This document shows positions 34,941 through 44,169 of a stretch of DNA of 55,695 bases, one piece after another. Location of the stretch: assembly GCA_038884975.1 (NCBI GenBank), contig JAWAAW010000004.1, forward strand, positions 1 through 55,695. The letters run 5' to 3'. Under the pieces are notes generated by a model. It saw only the letters and a program-made list of their open reading frames with translations, did not search any database and was not told the origin of the DNA. Each line of letters opens with the position of its first letter. Position 1 is the first letter of the stretch. Source of the stretch: Candidatus Woesearchaeota archaeon (GTDB lineage: Archaea > Nanobdellota > Nanobdellia > Woesearchaeales > ARS49). The translations under genes were made by a program, and so were the position numbers.

Positions 34941-37324
34941 GCATAACTGCATTCGTAAAACTGGCTTACACTTACTTTGAGCAGCCATTTGTCATATTGC
35001 TTGCAATCCCCCTTATCCTGATTGCATTATGGCTGCTGAAAAAGGAATTCATAAAGCTCAAGGAAGACCCTGATGTCGTAAAGCAGAAAAAAAGGGCGCG
35101 AAAAATAATGGCGCTGACAAGGACACTAATCATAATCCTACTCTGCATCGCCCTTGCATCCCCATACATACAGCACGAAAAAATAATTGAAGGAGACCCG
35201 TATGTCAAGATTCTCATTGACAACTCCACAAGTATGGAACTCTTTGAGCCAGTTGAGCCGCAGCTTTCAGCAGCCCTTGAAAAGAAACTCAATGTTGAAA
35301 CAAAAACAATTGCAACAGGCGAGCGCTCAGAGCTCGGCGACGCAATACTTAACAACCTCGAGCCAGCACAAAGCGTCCTCCTCGTGACAGACGGCAACAG
35401 CAACTTTGGGGCAAACCTTGGCGACGTGGCATTGTTCGCAACAAAACTCAACGCAACAATCAACGCAATAAAGCTAACCCCAAAGGAAACAGATGTCGGA
35501 GTCGCAATTATTGGTCCAAGCAAGACAATGGCTGACGTTGAAAACACTTTCACAATAGTAATCAATCATGTCGGAAAAAAAGACCCTGTCCACCTGTTGG
35601 TTACACTTGACGGAGCAACCCTCATTGACGAGACCACTGCAGACCCAGTAAAGGAAATAACACAAAAACTGCCGGAAGGATATCACAAGATTGTTGCCAA
35701 GATTGACACAAAGGACTATTTCCAGCAAAACAACATCTTTTACAAGACGATCAAGGTCGTTCCAAAGCCAAGAATCCTGTTTGTCTCTGAAAAAGAATCA
35801 CCGCTCAAGACACTTCTCAGCCAGCTGTACGTTGTTGACTCACTATCAACAGTACCGTCAAACCTCAAGGACTATTACGCAATAGCAATCAATGACTTGA
35901 ATGCTGACAAGCTGAAAGAAGCAAGCGACAGGATAAACGAATTCGTCAGCGACGGCAATGGAATGGTCGTAATCGGCGGAAAAAACTCCTTCGACAACGG
36001 CAATTACAAGGACTCGGTGTTTGAAACAACCCTCCCTGTCTTTGTCTCAACGCCAGGCAAGAAGCCAGGAGAGATAAGCGTTGTCGTGGTAATTGACATT
36101 TCAGGAAGCACAGGCGCACCGTTCGGAAGGTTCACGAGCACTGCAGAATTCGAAAAATCAGCCGCCGTCGGCATTTACCGAGACCTGAGACTGGACATCA
36201 GGCTTGCTGTTGTTGCATTCAACACGCAAGCATACCTGATATCAGAACCAAGCTATGTTTATGAAAAAGTCGGGCTTGATGACCGCATAGGCAGGCTCAA
36301 GTTCGGCGGCGGAACCCTAATACAGGCAGGAATGCTCAAAGCCATTGCAATGCTCTCCCAAATGGGCGGCAGCAAGAACATAATCCTGATGAGCGACGGA
36401 AAAACACAAAGCGAAAGCGCAGCAATAGAAGCAGCCAAACTCGCCGCAAACGAGGGAATCCACATTTACACTGTCGGCGTGGGACCAACCACAAACGAAA
36501 ACCTCATGATTCAGATTGCAGAAATAGGCAACGGAATCTACTTCAGAGCAACAGAAGAAACAAAACTCAAGATAATCTTCGGAGACGTTGAAGACCAAAA
36601 ACAAAAAGGCGGAACAATGGGACTTGTCGTGCTAAACGCAAACCACTTCATAACAGAAGGCTATGAGCCAAAGGCAGACATACACGGCTTCAACCAAGTC
36701 GTGCCAAAAACCACAGCAAGACTACTCTTGACAACTACCACCGGCGAACCAATACTTGCTGTGTGGCGCGTCGGGCTTGGAAGGGTTGCTGCCTGGAGCA
36801 CAGACGACGGAACAGAATGGGCAGGCGACGTCCTGAGTAAAAAGAACAGCAAGATTTTTGCACGTATGTTCAACTGGGCAATAGGAGACCCGGACAGAAA
36901 AGCAGAAAGCTTCATTGACGCAAAAGACACAATAGTCAACGAGCCAACAGAAATAACAATCAAGTCAGAAACCCCGCCAGAAGCAAAAGGGGTAACGTTC
37001 TACAAGATAGATGAGGACTTGTATTCAGCAGCAATGACCCCCACAACAACAGGCTTTCACGAAGTTTCAGGAGCAGTATTTGCAGCGAACTATGCCCGCG
37101 AGTACGGCGGACTTGGCTTCAACGAAGAACTTGCAAAAATAGTTGCGAGCACAGGCGGAAAAATCTTTGACTCCAGCGACATTGACGGCATAGTCGAGCA
37201 CACAAAGGCAAAGGCAAAAAGGATTGTCAACACAAAAGACAGGCTTGGGTGGCCATTCGTGCTTGCAGCAATCATCATATTCCTCGTAGAAATATTTATA
37301 AGGAGACTTGTCAGGAGGGAATGA
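34937..37324 (+). CDS. BatB-like large membrane protein with VWA domain
   Basis: BatA_N-like N-terminus (FVILLAIPLILIALWLLKKE), VWA MIDAS VVVIDISGST, C-terminal TM. 4-nt overlap with the upstream gene. Confidence 0.8.
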   Translation: MSITAFVKLAYTYFEQPFVILLAIPLILIALWLLKKEFIKLKEDPDVVKQKKRARKIMALTRTLIIILLCIALASPYIQHEKIIEGDPYVKILIDNSTSMELFEPVEPQLSAALEKKLNVETKTIATGERSELGDAILNNLEPAQSVLLVTDGNSNFGANLGDVALFATKLNATINAIKLTPKETDVGVAIIGPSKTMADVENTFTIVINHVGKKDPVHLLVTLDGATLIDETTADPVKEITQKLPEGYHKIVAKIDTKDYFQQNNIFYKTIKVVPKPRILFVSEKESPLKTLLSQLYVVDSLSTVPSNLKDYYAIAINDLNADKLKEASDRINEFVSDGNGMVVIGGKNSFDNGNYKDSVFETTLPVFVSTPGKKPGEISVVVVIDISGSTGAPFGRFTSTAEFEKSAAVGIYRDLRLDIRLAVVAFNTQAYLISEPSYVYEKVGLDDRIGRLKFGGGTLIQAGMLKAIAMLSQMGGSKNIILMSDGKTQSESAAIEAAKLAANEGIHIYTVGVGPTTNENLMIQIAEIGNGIYFRATEETKLKIIFGDVEDQKQKGGTMGLVVLNANHFITEGYEPKADIHGFNQVVPKTTARLLLTTTTGEPILAVWRVGLGRVAAWSTDDGTEWAGDVLSKKNSKIFARMFNWAIGDPDRKAESFIDAKDTIVNEPTEITIKSETPPEAKGVTFYKIDEDLYSAAMTPTTTGFHEVSGAVFAANYAREYGGLGFNEELAKIVASTGGKIFDSSDIDGIVEHTKAKAKRIVNTKDRLGWPFVLAAIIIFLVEIFIRRLVRRE

Positions 37325-37325
37325 C

Positions 37326-37871
37326 ATGGCATACATCACCAGAAACGCGAACATATTCCTTTTATTCCTGATTCTAATAAGCGCAGGCGCCCTTGTGGCA
37401 GCCACTGTTTTCTTTCAGGAAAACTTTGACCGCCTCAATACGGCATACAATTCAAAACTTGCCCAACTGAACCAGGTCACGAAAGACCTTGAAGAAAAAA
37501 AGGCAGCGCTAGAACAAATAAAGAACGAGCTGACCCTAAAAGCAGCACGCGAAGAGGAATTCAGCCACCAGTACGCCACAGTAAAAGAAGAAAAAACAGT
37601 GCTTGAAAGCGAGAAAAAACAACTAACACAAGTAAAGCAAAGCCTTGAAAGGGAACTTGAAAGCACAGAAAACCTTTTGCAAACAACAAAAAACCAGCTC
37701 GAGGCAACAAAAGGAGAAAATGAGCGCCTCAAGACAGACCTTGCAGAAGCCCATGCAGACATCGTGGCACTAAACAAAAAGATTGATGATTACAAGGATG
37801 ACATTGAGGTGCTTGAAGCCAAGATAAGCTGCCTCCAGACAAAGGCAGACAGCGAGGAAGGAACCTGCTAA
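37326..37871 (+). CDS. membrane-anchored coiled-coil protein
   Basis: N-terminal TM followed by about 140 aa of heptad-rich E/K/L/Q sequence. AGGAGGG Shine-Dalgarno 7 nt before ATG 37326. Confidence 0.65.
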   Translation: MAYITRNANIFLLFLILISAGALVAATVFFQENFDRLNTAYNSKLAQLNQVTKDLEEKKAALEQIKNELTLKAAREEEFSHQYATVKEEKTVLESEKKQLTQVKQSLERELESTENLLQTTKNQLEATKGENERLKTDLAEAHADIVALNKKIDDYKDDIEVLEAKISCLQTKADSEEGTC

Positions 37872-38663
37872 ATGGCAACAAAACCAATTATTGCGGCACT
37901 GAAGGAATTAAGAGGAGCAGTCATGCAAATAACACTCTTCAATGCACTGCTTGACACACTTGTTGTGTTCCTCATGTGCGCACTCGTCCTTATACTAATC
38001 TCCCTGCCATGGTGGTATGCGCTTGTTCCTGCACTCCTTTACGGAGCCATACACACTTACAGAAACGTCAGAAAGCGAAGGAATCTTGCGTATGTAGAAG
38101 AAAAAGTGCCTGAACTCGAGGAACAATTGATAACAGTTGCTGACAATACAGAAAAGGAAAACCTGATTGTCCAAAGCCTGCAACAGGATGTTCTCAGGGG
38201 AATGCGCTCAATAAAGACATCCTACTTCCTAAGTTTTGGAAGGCTAACGCGCGAACTGATAACCCTTGCTGTTGTCAGCATATTAATAATAACTGTTTCA
38301 GCGCACGGCGTGAAATTCCTTGACTTCAGGGACGTGCTAAAAGACTTTGAACAGCTTGGAAAAGGTCCGGGCGCGTACGACCTCACAAATGCCAGCCTTG
38401 AATTCATTGAGAACCTGAGCGAGGACATTTACGGCAACAAAACAATAGAAGAACTGGGCAACGACGAAATACAATTGCAATTGTCGCCAGTTCTTAGCGA
38501 CATCGACATCAGCAAGGTCCTGCCGCCCGAGACAAAGGAATTCAGGAGCACCATGCCACAGGAAATCAAGGCAACAACAGACGTTTCATTCCAGGAAAGC
38601 ATACCAAAAGGATACCAGCGCATCGTAAAATCATATTTCCGCGAAATCGCAAAAACATCATAA
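37872..38663 (+). CDS. membrane protein of the MoxR/VWA cluster, unknown function
   Basis: Three TM helices. The ATG immediately follows the previous stop codon. Confidence 0.6.
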   Translation: MATKPIIAALKELRGAVMQITLFNALLDTLVVFLMCALVLILISLPWWYALVPALLYGAIHTYRNVRKRRNLAYVEEKVPELEEQLITVADNTEKENLIVQSLQQDVLRGMRSIKTSYFLSFGRLTRELITLAVVSILIITVSAHGVKFLDFRDVLKDFEQLGKGPGAYDLTNASLEFIENLSEDIYGNKTIEELGNDEIQLQLSPVLSDIDISKVLPPETKEFRSTMPQEIKATTDVSFQESIPKGYQRIVKSYFREIAKTS

Positions 38664-38681
38664 TAAAAGGAGGATGAAAAA

Positions 38682-39617
38682 ATGAGACTGGAAGATACCA
38701 AAAAAACATTTGACCACCTGCTCCACGAAATGAACAAGGTGATTGTGGGAATGGATGAAGTGCTCAAGCAGATGCTTGTGGCGTTATTGACAAACTCGCA
38801 CGCCATACTGGAGGGCTATCCGGGACTGGCAAAAACACTCAGCATAAAAACAATGGCACAATTATTGAGCCTGAAGTTCTCGCGCATCCAGAACACACCA
38901 GATTTGATGCCCTCAGACATTACAGGCACGTACATCATTGAGGAAACAACAACAGGAAAGCGCACGTTCAAGTTCCAGCCAGGACCAGTATTCGCAAACG
39001 TCATACTAGCTGATGAAATCAACCGTGCAACACCAAAAACACAATCAGCCCTGCTTGAAGCGATGCAGGAAAAGCAGGTCACGGTAGGAAACAGCACTTT
39101 CAAGCTCGAAGAACCATTCTTCGTTCTTGCAACACAAAACCCGATTGAGCAGGAAGGAACATACCCCCTGCCAGAAGCACAAAGCGACCGTTTCCTTTTC
39201 AAGATAAGAACTGACTATCCAACATATGAGCAGGAACTTGAGATTGTCAACAGGTATGCAGAAGAGGAAAAAAAGGTTTCCCTCAAACCAGTCCTCAGCA
39301 GGGACGAACTAATATACCTCCAAAGCCTGACAAGACAGGTTCCAATTGCTTCAGACATCAAGAAATACGCTGTCTCTCTCGTGACCGCAACAAGGCAGAA
39401 AAAGGACTTGATAGAATACGGCGCGTCTCCAAGGGCGTCAATAGGCCTTGTGCTCGCGGCGAAAGGAAGGGCGCTGCTCGAGGGAAGGAAATACGTGTCA
39501 AAGCAGGACATCAACCTTATGGCATACCCTGTTTTGAGACATAGGATTATCCTGAGCTTTGAGGCGGAAAGACAGAACCTGCACGAGGACGATGTCATAA
39601 AGCAGCTCCTAAAGTAA
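38682..39617 (+). CDS. moxR: MoxR-family AAA+ ATPase
   Basis: ILEGYPGLAKT (Walker A variant typical of MoxR), ILADEINRATPKTQSALLEAMQE (Walker B/sensor), ASPRASI. Confidence 0.92.
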   Translation: MRLEDTKKTFDHLLHEMNKVIVGMDEVLKQMLVALLTNSHAILEGYPGLAKTLSIKTMAQLLSLKFSRIQNTPDLMPSDITGTYIIEETTTGKRTFKFQPGPVFANVILADEINRATPKTQSALLEAMQEKQVTVGNSTFKLEEPFFVLATQNPIEQEGTYPLPEAQSDRFLFKIRTDYPTYEQELEIVNRYAEEEKKVSLKPVLSRDELIYLQSLTRQVPIASDIKKYAVSLVTATRQKKDLIEYGASPRASIGLVLAAKGRALLEGRKYVSKQDINLMAYPVLRHRIILSFEAERQNLHEDDVIKQLLK

Positions 39618-39620
39618 AAA

Positions 39621-40475
39621 ATGGCAATTGACCTGAGCTTCCTGCACAAGCTGGACAGGATGTCCCTCATAATCAACAAAAGGCTTACTTCCAACTATGT
39701 TGGCGAGCGAAGATCAATCGCTACAGGCAGGGGGCTTATTTTCAAGGACCACGCAATCTACGCCCCGGGCGACGACTTCAGGGCAATTGACTGGAAAGTG
39801 CTTGCACGCCTGGACAAGCTTTTCATCAAGAGATACGAGGAAGAAAGAAACCTTACAGTTCACGTAATAGTTGATTATTCAGGCTCAATGGCCTTTGGTG
39901 GCAGGACAAAGAAGTATGAGTACGCGGACATGCTCGGGCTTGGATTCTGCTATATGGCAATGAAACACAACGAGAAGTTTGTAGTGAGCACCTTTGCAGA
40001 CAGGCTTGAGGTCTTCAAGCCAAAAAGAGGAAGAAGCAACCTCATGCGCGTTCTTGATTATCTCAACGCAAAAAAGCCAAAAGGGCTTAGCAAGTTTGAG
40101 TCCTCGCTTGCCGCGTACAAGAAACGCATAAACACAAGGTCATATGTTGTCATACTTTCTGACTTTCTTTATGATACTGAAGAAATAAAGAATGCAATAA
40201 AACGCTACAAGGACCACCATGTTGTGCTAATACAGGTGCTTGACAAAACAGAAACAGACCTTGACATTGAAGGCGACTTCAAGCTTGTTGACGCAGAAAC
40301 AGAAGACACACTCAGGACATTCATATCTCCTTATGCAAGAAAAAACTATCTTGAGCAGCTTGCAGACCACCAGGCAAAAATCAAGAAGGCCTGCGATGAA
40401 ATAGGCGCAAAATTCTTCGTGTTCAGCACAGAATACCCAATATTTGACGCGTTCTACGAAGTGCTGAATGCATGA
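39621..40475 (+). CDS. DUF58 protein (VWA-like, MoxR partner)
   Basis: DFRAIDWKVLARLDKLFIKRYEEERN signature, then VIVDYSGSM. Confidence 0.88.
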   Translation: MAIDLSFLHKLDRMSLIINKRLTSNYVGERRSIATGRGLIFKDHAIYAPGDDFRAIDWKVLARLDKLFIKRYEEERNLTVHVIVDYSGSMAFGGRTKKYEYADMLGLGFCYMAMKHNEKFVVSTFADRLEVFKPKRGRSNLMRVLDYLNAKKPKGLSKFESSLAAYKKRINTRSYVVILSDFLYDTEEIKNAIKRYKDHHVVLIQVLDKTETDLDIEGDFKLVDAETEDTLRTFISPYARKNYLEQLADHQAKIKKACDEIGAKFFVFSTEYPIFDAFYEVLNA

Positions 40476-40535
40476 TTTTTATCGTCGTTACTGCTGTTAC
40501 AAACCTTTAAAAGCCGTGAAAGATTGAATTCTGTA

Positions 40536-41738
40536 ATGGAAAACAGGGGCATTGCAACGTTATTCAATGACGATTACTCAAAAAGCGCGCCAAAAGTCCT
40601 TGGCGACCAACACAGTTATCTTCTTGACTGCATTGAGAAACACCTTTCGGGAATAACAGCACCCGTACTGCTTGTTATCGGTCCAGGCGGCAGAGTTCTT
40701 CCCTATTCCTGCACTTACACGAATGGAACACTCGGTGGCACAAATAGGGATAGGATTAAAAAAATGATTGGCAAGGGAAAAATCATTCTGGCAGACTACA
40801 TCTTGGAATACGACAAGTCAGGGCTTATCAAGGGGCTTGACACGCTGACCGAAATGGGATTCTTTGAACAGGGTTACTTCAAAACGGGTTGCTTTGTGCA
40901 TACTGGAAACCTTTGCCCAATACACTTATGGCAGGGCACAATATCATTCCTCAAAAATAACCTGCACGACGACCTGCACGTTGCATCAGAGTCTGTTGAT
41001 GCTGTTGACGCAAACCTCTCAATACACCACGCCTCTGTCACAAGAGCAGAACTTCACAGGATTTACGGCGAGATTCACAGAGTCCTGAAGCCGGGCGGGA
41101 TGCTCCACCTTGGAGAGGGAAACGTGAACATGAACTACACAGAGGACAAGCTTGTCAGGATAGGGCAGGATGTTTGCGAATATCTTAAAGCGCCAGTTCA
41201 TCTTGAAGACAGAAGGGAAGAAGGAAACAAGTATGTTATTTATGCAAAGTTCTTGCCTGGCAAGAAGTACGAGTGCCTGCCTGCATTCATCAAACGCGGG
41301 GATGAATGTCTTCCTGCAGATGTTGTTGACAACCAAGGCATTGTCCGCATCAAGTCTGAAGAACCAATTGGAATGATGCGTTTCCTCATCAGCAAAGGAT
41401 ATGGCAATATCAGCACCACTGGCGCAACCGCTGTTGAGATGCCGCTGATAGACTCATCCATGCCTGAGGACGTTGCAGGACACATTGCACCTGTTGATGC
41501 TTATTACGACGCAATCAGGTCACGCACAAATGCATACAAGGGGATTGACGACGAACTTGCGGAAAGAATTTCAAGAGGCATTGAGGATGAAAGAGAAAAG
41601 GCAAAAAAAGGAATAGTTGAGTATTATATGGGCGAACAGCAAATTCTTGACGCTCTGGAAAACACAGGGTTCACAAACATCAGAGTCAAGCATCACGAAA
41701 CAGAACCTTTTTACAACATAACCGCAATAAAGAAATAG
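40536..41738 (+). CDS. class I SAM-dependent methyltransferase-like protein with large insertions
   Basis: VLLVIGPGG (motif I-like), ILADY, VDAVDANLSIHH, VLKPGGMLHL. ATG 40536 is about 22 nt after cctttaaaagc. Confidence 0.6.
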   Translation: MENRGIATLFNDDYSKSAPKVLGDQHSYLLDCIEKHLSGITAPVLLVIGPGGRVLPYSCTYTNGTLGGTNRDRIKKMIGKGKIILADYILEYDKSGLIKGLDTLTEMGFFEQGYFKTGCFVHTGNLCPIHLWQGTISFLKNNLHDDLHVASESVDAVDANLSIHHASVTRAELHRIYGEIHRVLKPGGMLHLGEGNVNMNYTEDKLVRIGQDVCEYLKAPVHLEDRREEGNKYVIYAKFLPGKKYECLPAFIKRGDECLPADVVDNQGIVRIKSEEPIGMMRFLISKGYGNISTTGATAVEMPLIDSSMPEDVAGHIAPVDAYYDAIRSRTNAYKGIDDELAERISRGIEDEREKAKKGIVEYYMGEQQILDALENTGFTNIRVKHHETEPFYNITAIKK

Positions 41739-41752
41739 GATCACTCAAACAA

Positions 41753-42442
41753 TCATTTCAGCTCCATCTCAACAATTTCCCTGATTTCATCCTCTGAGAT
41801 TGAGCAGCCGTTAAGCTTTACACCCCATAAGACAGAATCAAGAAGCTCCTTCCTTGCATTTGGCACATTTACAACATAGCTGTCAAGCAATCCTTTCTCA
41901 TAAGCTACTGTTACAAGCTCTGCTGACCGGATAATCTCAATGTGGTGAGTGTAATCACGGAATGCATCAAGCCTTTTTGCATCAACACGCACTTTGGTAT
42001 GCAATCGCCTTGACATCATTTCTTCAAGCTGGTCAGGGGATTCAAGAAGCGAGCGAGTTATGCGTTCGTCCATCACAACCTTGTTAATGCCCATGCTGAC
42101 AGCTGCAGCAAGGGTTTCCATCTCGCCCAGCTGGACAATCCTTATTGGCTCCTTGTGAGCCCAAAAAATCGTGTTTGCAGTCTCAAGCAGCTGCAAAGCC
42201 CGCTTTTTCAGTTCAGGTGTATCAATCACCCTTAACATTCCTTGCTCAATCAGGCGTTGCACCTGTAATGCCTCAAACTTGAACTTCTTGGTTTCAAGAG
42301 GCTTGTCAACAAGCTCGTGCTTGACGCTTGACACGATTGAGAATTTGACGTTTGCCTTTTTTTGCATTGCCTCAAGCAGCCAGAGAAGGCTGTTGGTTGT
42401 CAGCGAGATTATTGGTCCTGCATCAATCAGTATCTCTTTCAC
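41753..42442 (-). CDS. PIN-like domain protein (COG2405/DUF3368-like), enlarged
   Basis: ILIDAGPIISL (first acidic PIN motif), LGEMETLAAAVSMG, VVMDERITR. 229 aa. Confidence 0.5.
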   Translation of the reverse strand: MKEILIDAGPIISLTTNSLLWLLEAMQKKANVKFSIVSSVKHELVDKPLETKKFKFEALQVQRLIEQGMLRVIDTPELKKRALQLLETANTIFWAHKEPIRIVQLGEMETLAAAVSMGINKVVMDERITRSLLESPDQLEEMMSRRLHTKVRVDAKRLDAFRDYTHHIEIIRSAELVTVAYEKGLLDSYVVNVPNARKELLDSVLWGVKLNGCSISEDEIREIVEMELK

Positions 42443-42990
42443 TCAAACCAGCTCCTTGCCGTCTTTAGGCGTTGCTTAGCAGGCACGCCAAGCTCGTGCT
42501 CAGTAATCTGGGTCTTTCCGAAATAATTTTGCAGTTCCCACTGCGATATTCCAAGTATTTCTGCAGTCCTTGCAAGCGAGATTCCGTGCTCTGTCATCTT
42601 TCCCGCCTTCTTGATTCTTGCTTGGTCAAGCACTTCTGTCACGTAAAGCCCTATTTTTTCATCAAGCTTTCTCACTTCGTCAAAAATCCTGCGTATGACT
42701 GTCCTGTAAACATCCTCCTTGCCAAGCTCAAGAGCATCCTTTGCTTCTTGCAATTGGGACTCAAACCTTGGTACCGGAATCTTCTCGTCAATGCAGCGAT
42801 GCACAATCTTGCTTATTGCATAAATGATGACTGCGAAGGAAACACTGTCATCGTCCTGGAAGATAGATGCGTCATGAATGACGTGGTTGCTCAGGTCCAA
42901 AAGCGCATGATGGTCCTCTGCCTTCAAGCTCTTCAGGGCTTCATCAAGCACCTCAAGAATGTCATTCTTGACAATATCACGCATAATCAT
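42439..42990 (-). CDS. UPF0175-like HTH protein, enlarged N-terminus
   Basis: C-terminal HGISLARTAEILGISQWELQNYFGK resembles the UPF0175/COG2886 HTH. 4-nt overlap with the downstream PIN gene. ATG 42990 follows an aaatttatatactc TATA box. Confidence 0.5.
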   Translation of the reverse strand: MIMRDIVKNDILEVLDEALKSLKAEDHHALLDLSNHVIHDASIFQDDDSVSFAVIIYAISKIVHRCIDEKIPVPRFESQLQEAKDALELGKEDVYRTVIRRIFDEVRKLDEKIGLYVTEVLDQARIKKAGKMTEHGISLARTAEILGISQWELQNYFGKTQITEHELGVPAKQRLKTARSWFE

Positions 42991-43108
42991 GAATTGCTGC
43001 AAAGAGTATATAAATTTATTCCGTCAGCTTACGGTCTTCAAAAGAACAGAACTTATTCCATGCGTGAATAACTGATAAAAAAAGAAAAAATTAAGAAAAT
43101 GCTTATTT

Positions 43109-43305
43109 CTTAGAGACCAAGTAAATCATGTAGAGCCCTGCAAGCCCAACAAGGTCGTATACTATCTTCGCAACAACTCCGGCGCCGAAGATTTTTGCAA
43201 CCAAGTCAAACCCAAACAATCCCACAAGCCCCCAGTTAATCGCACCGACAATTACGAGAACCAGTGCTATCCATTCTATAGCGCTCTTTTTTGCAATACC
43301 GGCAT
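43109..43305 (-). CDS. DUF378-family small membrane protein, apparently frameshifted at its 5' end
   Basis: The body reads AIEWIALVLVIVGAINWGLVGLFGFDLVAKIFGAGVVAKIVYDLVGL (INWGL.G.F.FDLV is the DUF378 signature) but has no in-frame ATG/GTG/TTG. A promoter-proximal ATG (43305) is out of frame, and the two frames meet at an A6 run (43287-43292). My reading of the C-terminal ~10 codons is uncertain. Confidence 0.5.
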
Positions 43306-43336
43306 CACCTCGTCACAAATTGTGGATGCAGAGTAT

Positions 43337-43576
43337 TTAAGCTTTTTTGTTAATAAACCAGTAGCCACACGTTTCTTTCGTGATGTGCTCTGACTCTGTC
43401 CGCGGGTATTTCCTGCAACTCAAAGGTCGTATTGGGTATATTAAGCAGTATGACTTACCTTGCCTGAACTTGAGAAAAGGGCATTTGTTCGGCAGCTTGC
43501 AACAGACACCGCAACCAATGCATTTTCCCCTTCTGTTCTTCGCCACAGCTTTGCACCCCAAGTGTTTTCCATCCAT
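43337..43576 (-). CDS. YkgJ-family CxxCxxCC zinc/iron-chelating domain protein
   Basis: CIGCGVCCKLPNKCPFL...YCLIYPIRPLSCRKYP. Confidence 0.75.
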   Translation of the reverse strand: MDGKHLGCKAVAKNRRGKCIGCGVCCKLPNKCPFLKFRQGKSYCLIYPIRPLSCRKYPRTESEHITKETCGYWFINKKA

Positions 43577-43614
43577 CCTGCAAATCAGCTTGTGCTTTTA
43601 ATCATTGCTATGAT

Positions 43615-43905
43615 TCAATCAACAGTAAACAACGTGTCATCGTGGTCCACATCAAACAAGCCAAGGCGCGCTCCCGCGTCCAGCCATCCGTGCGCGTAAT
43701 TAAGAGCTGCAAAGGCTGTAACAATGTCTCCTTTTTCTTCAAAGTGCTTTGCGTCAGAAAAATATCTTTGAGCCATGTCAAGGAAGTCTTCTGCTGCTTT
43801 TTTGCCGATTGTCTTCTCGGCAGAAACTATCTTGACTTTCTTCAAAGCCCTGGAAGTGACATCAAAATACTTTGCGAGCTTTTCAGGGGTAATTGTGCTG
43901 CTCAT
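43615..43905 (-). CDS. DUF357-like small archaeal protein
   Basis: RYFSDAKHF..KGD..TAFAALNYAHGWLDAGARLGLF pattern. 4-nt overlap with rpoK. Confidence 0.55.
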   Translation of the reverse strand: MSSTITPEKLAKYFDVTSRALKKVKIVSAEKTIGKKAAEDFLDMAQRYFSDAKHFEEKGDIVTAFAALNYAHGWLDAGARLGLFDVDHDDTLFTVD

Positions 43906-44162
43906 TCGGCTTTGGCTGCCTTTGCTTCCTCTGCTTTTTTTACCCTCTTGGTAGGCATTGGGCGCTTGACCGTAATGGGCAGTACATCCTTCTCAAGCTC
44001 CAGTTTTGCAATCTCAATCGGGTTATAGCCAATCTTTTCCAATTCCTTCTCTGACAAGGAAACAAGAAATGGCGCGCCCATTGAAATCTGCAAAGCCCTT
44101 GAGCCAATCATCCTTGCAATCTCGTATTTTGTGTACTTGTGAGGTTCTTCTGCTTTTGCCAT
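43902..44162 (-). CDS. rpoK: DNA-directed RNA polymerase subunit K (Rpo6/RpoK)
   Basis: KYTKYEIARMIGSRALQISMGAP...NPIEIAKLELEKDVLPITVKRPMP. Start trimmed to ATG 44162. Confidence 0.85.
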   Translation of the reverse strand: MAKAEEPHKYTKYEIARMIGSRALQISMGAPFLVSLSEKELEKIGYNPIEIAKLELEKDVLPITVKRPMPTKRVKKAEEAKAAKAE

Positions 44163-44169
44163 TTTTGAT

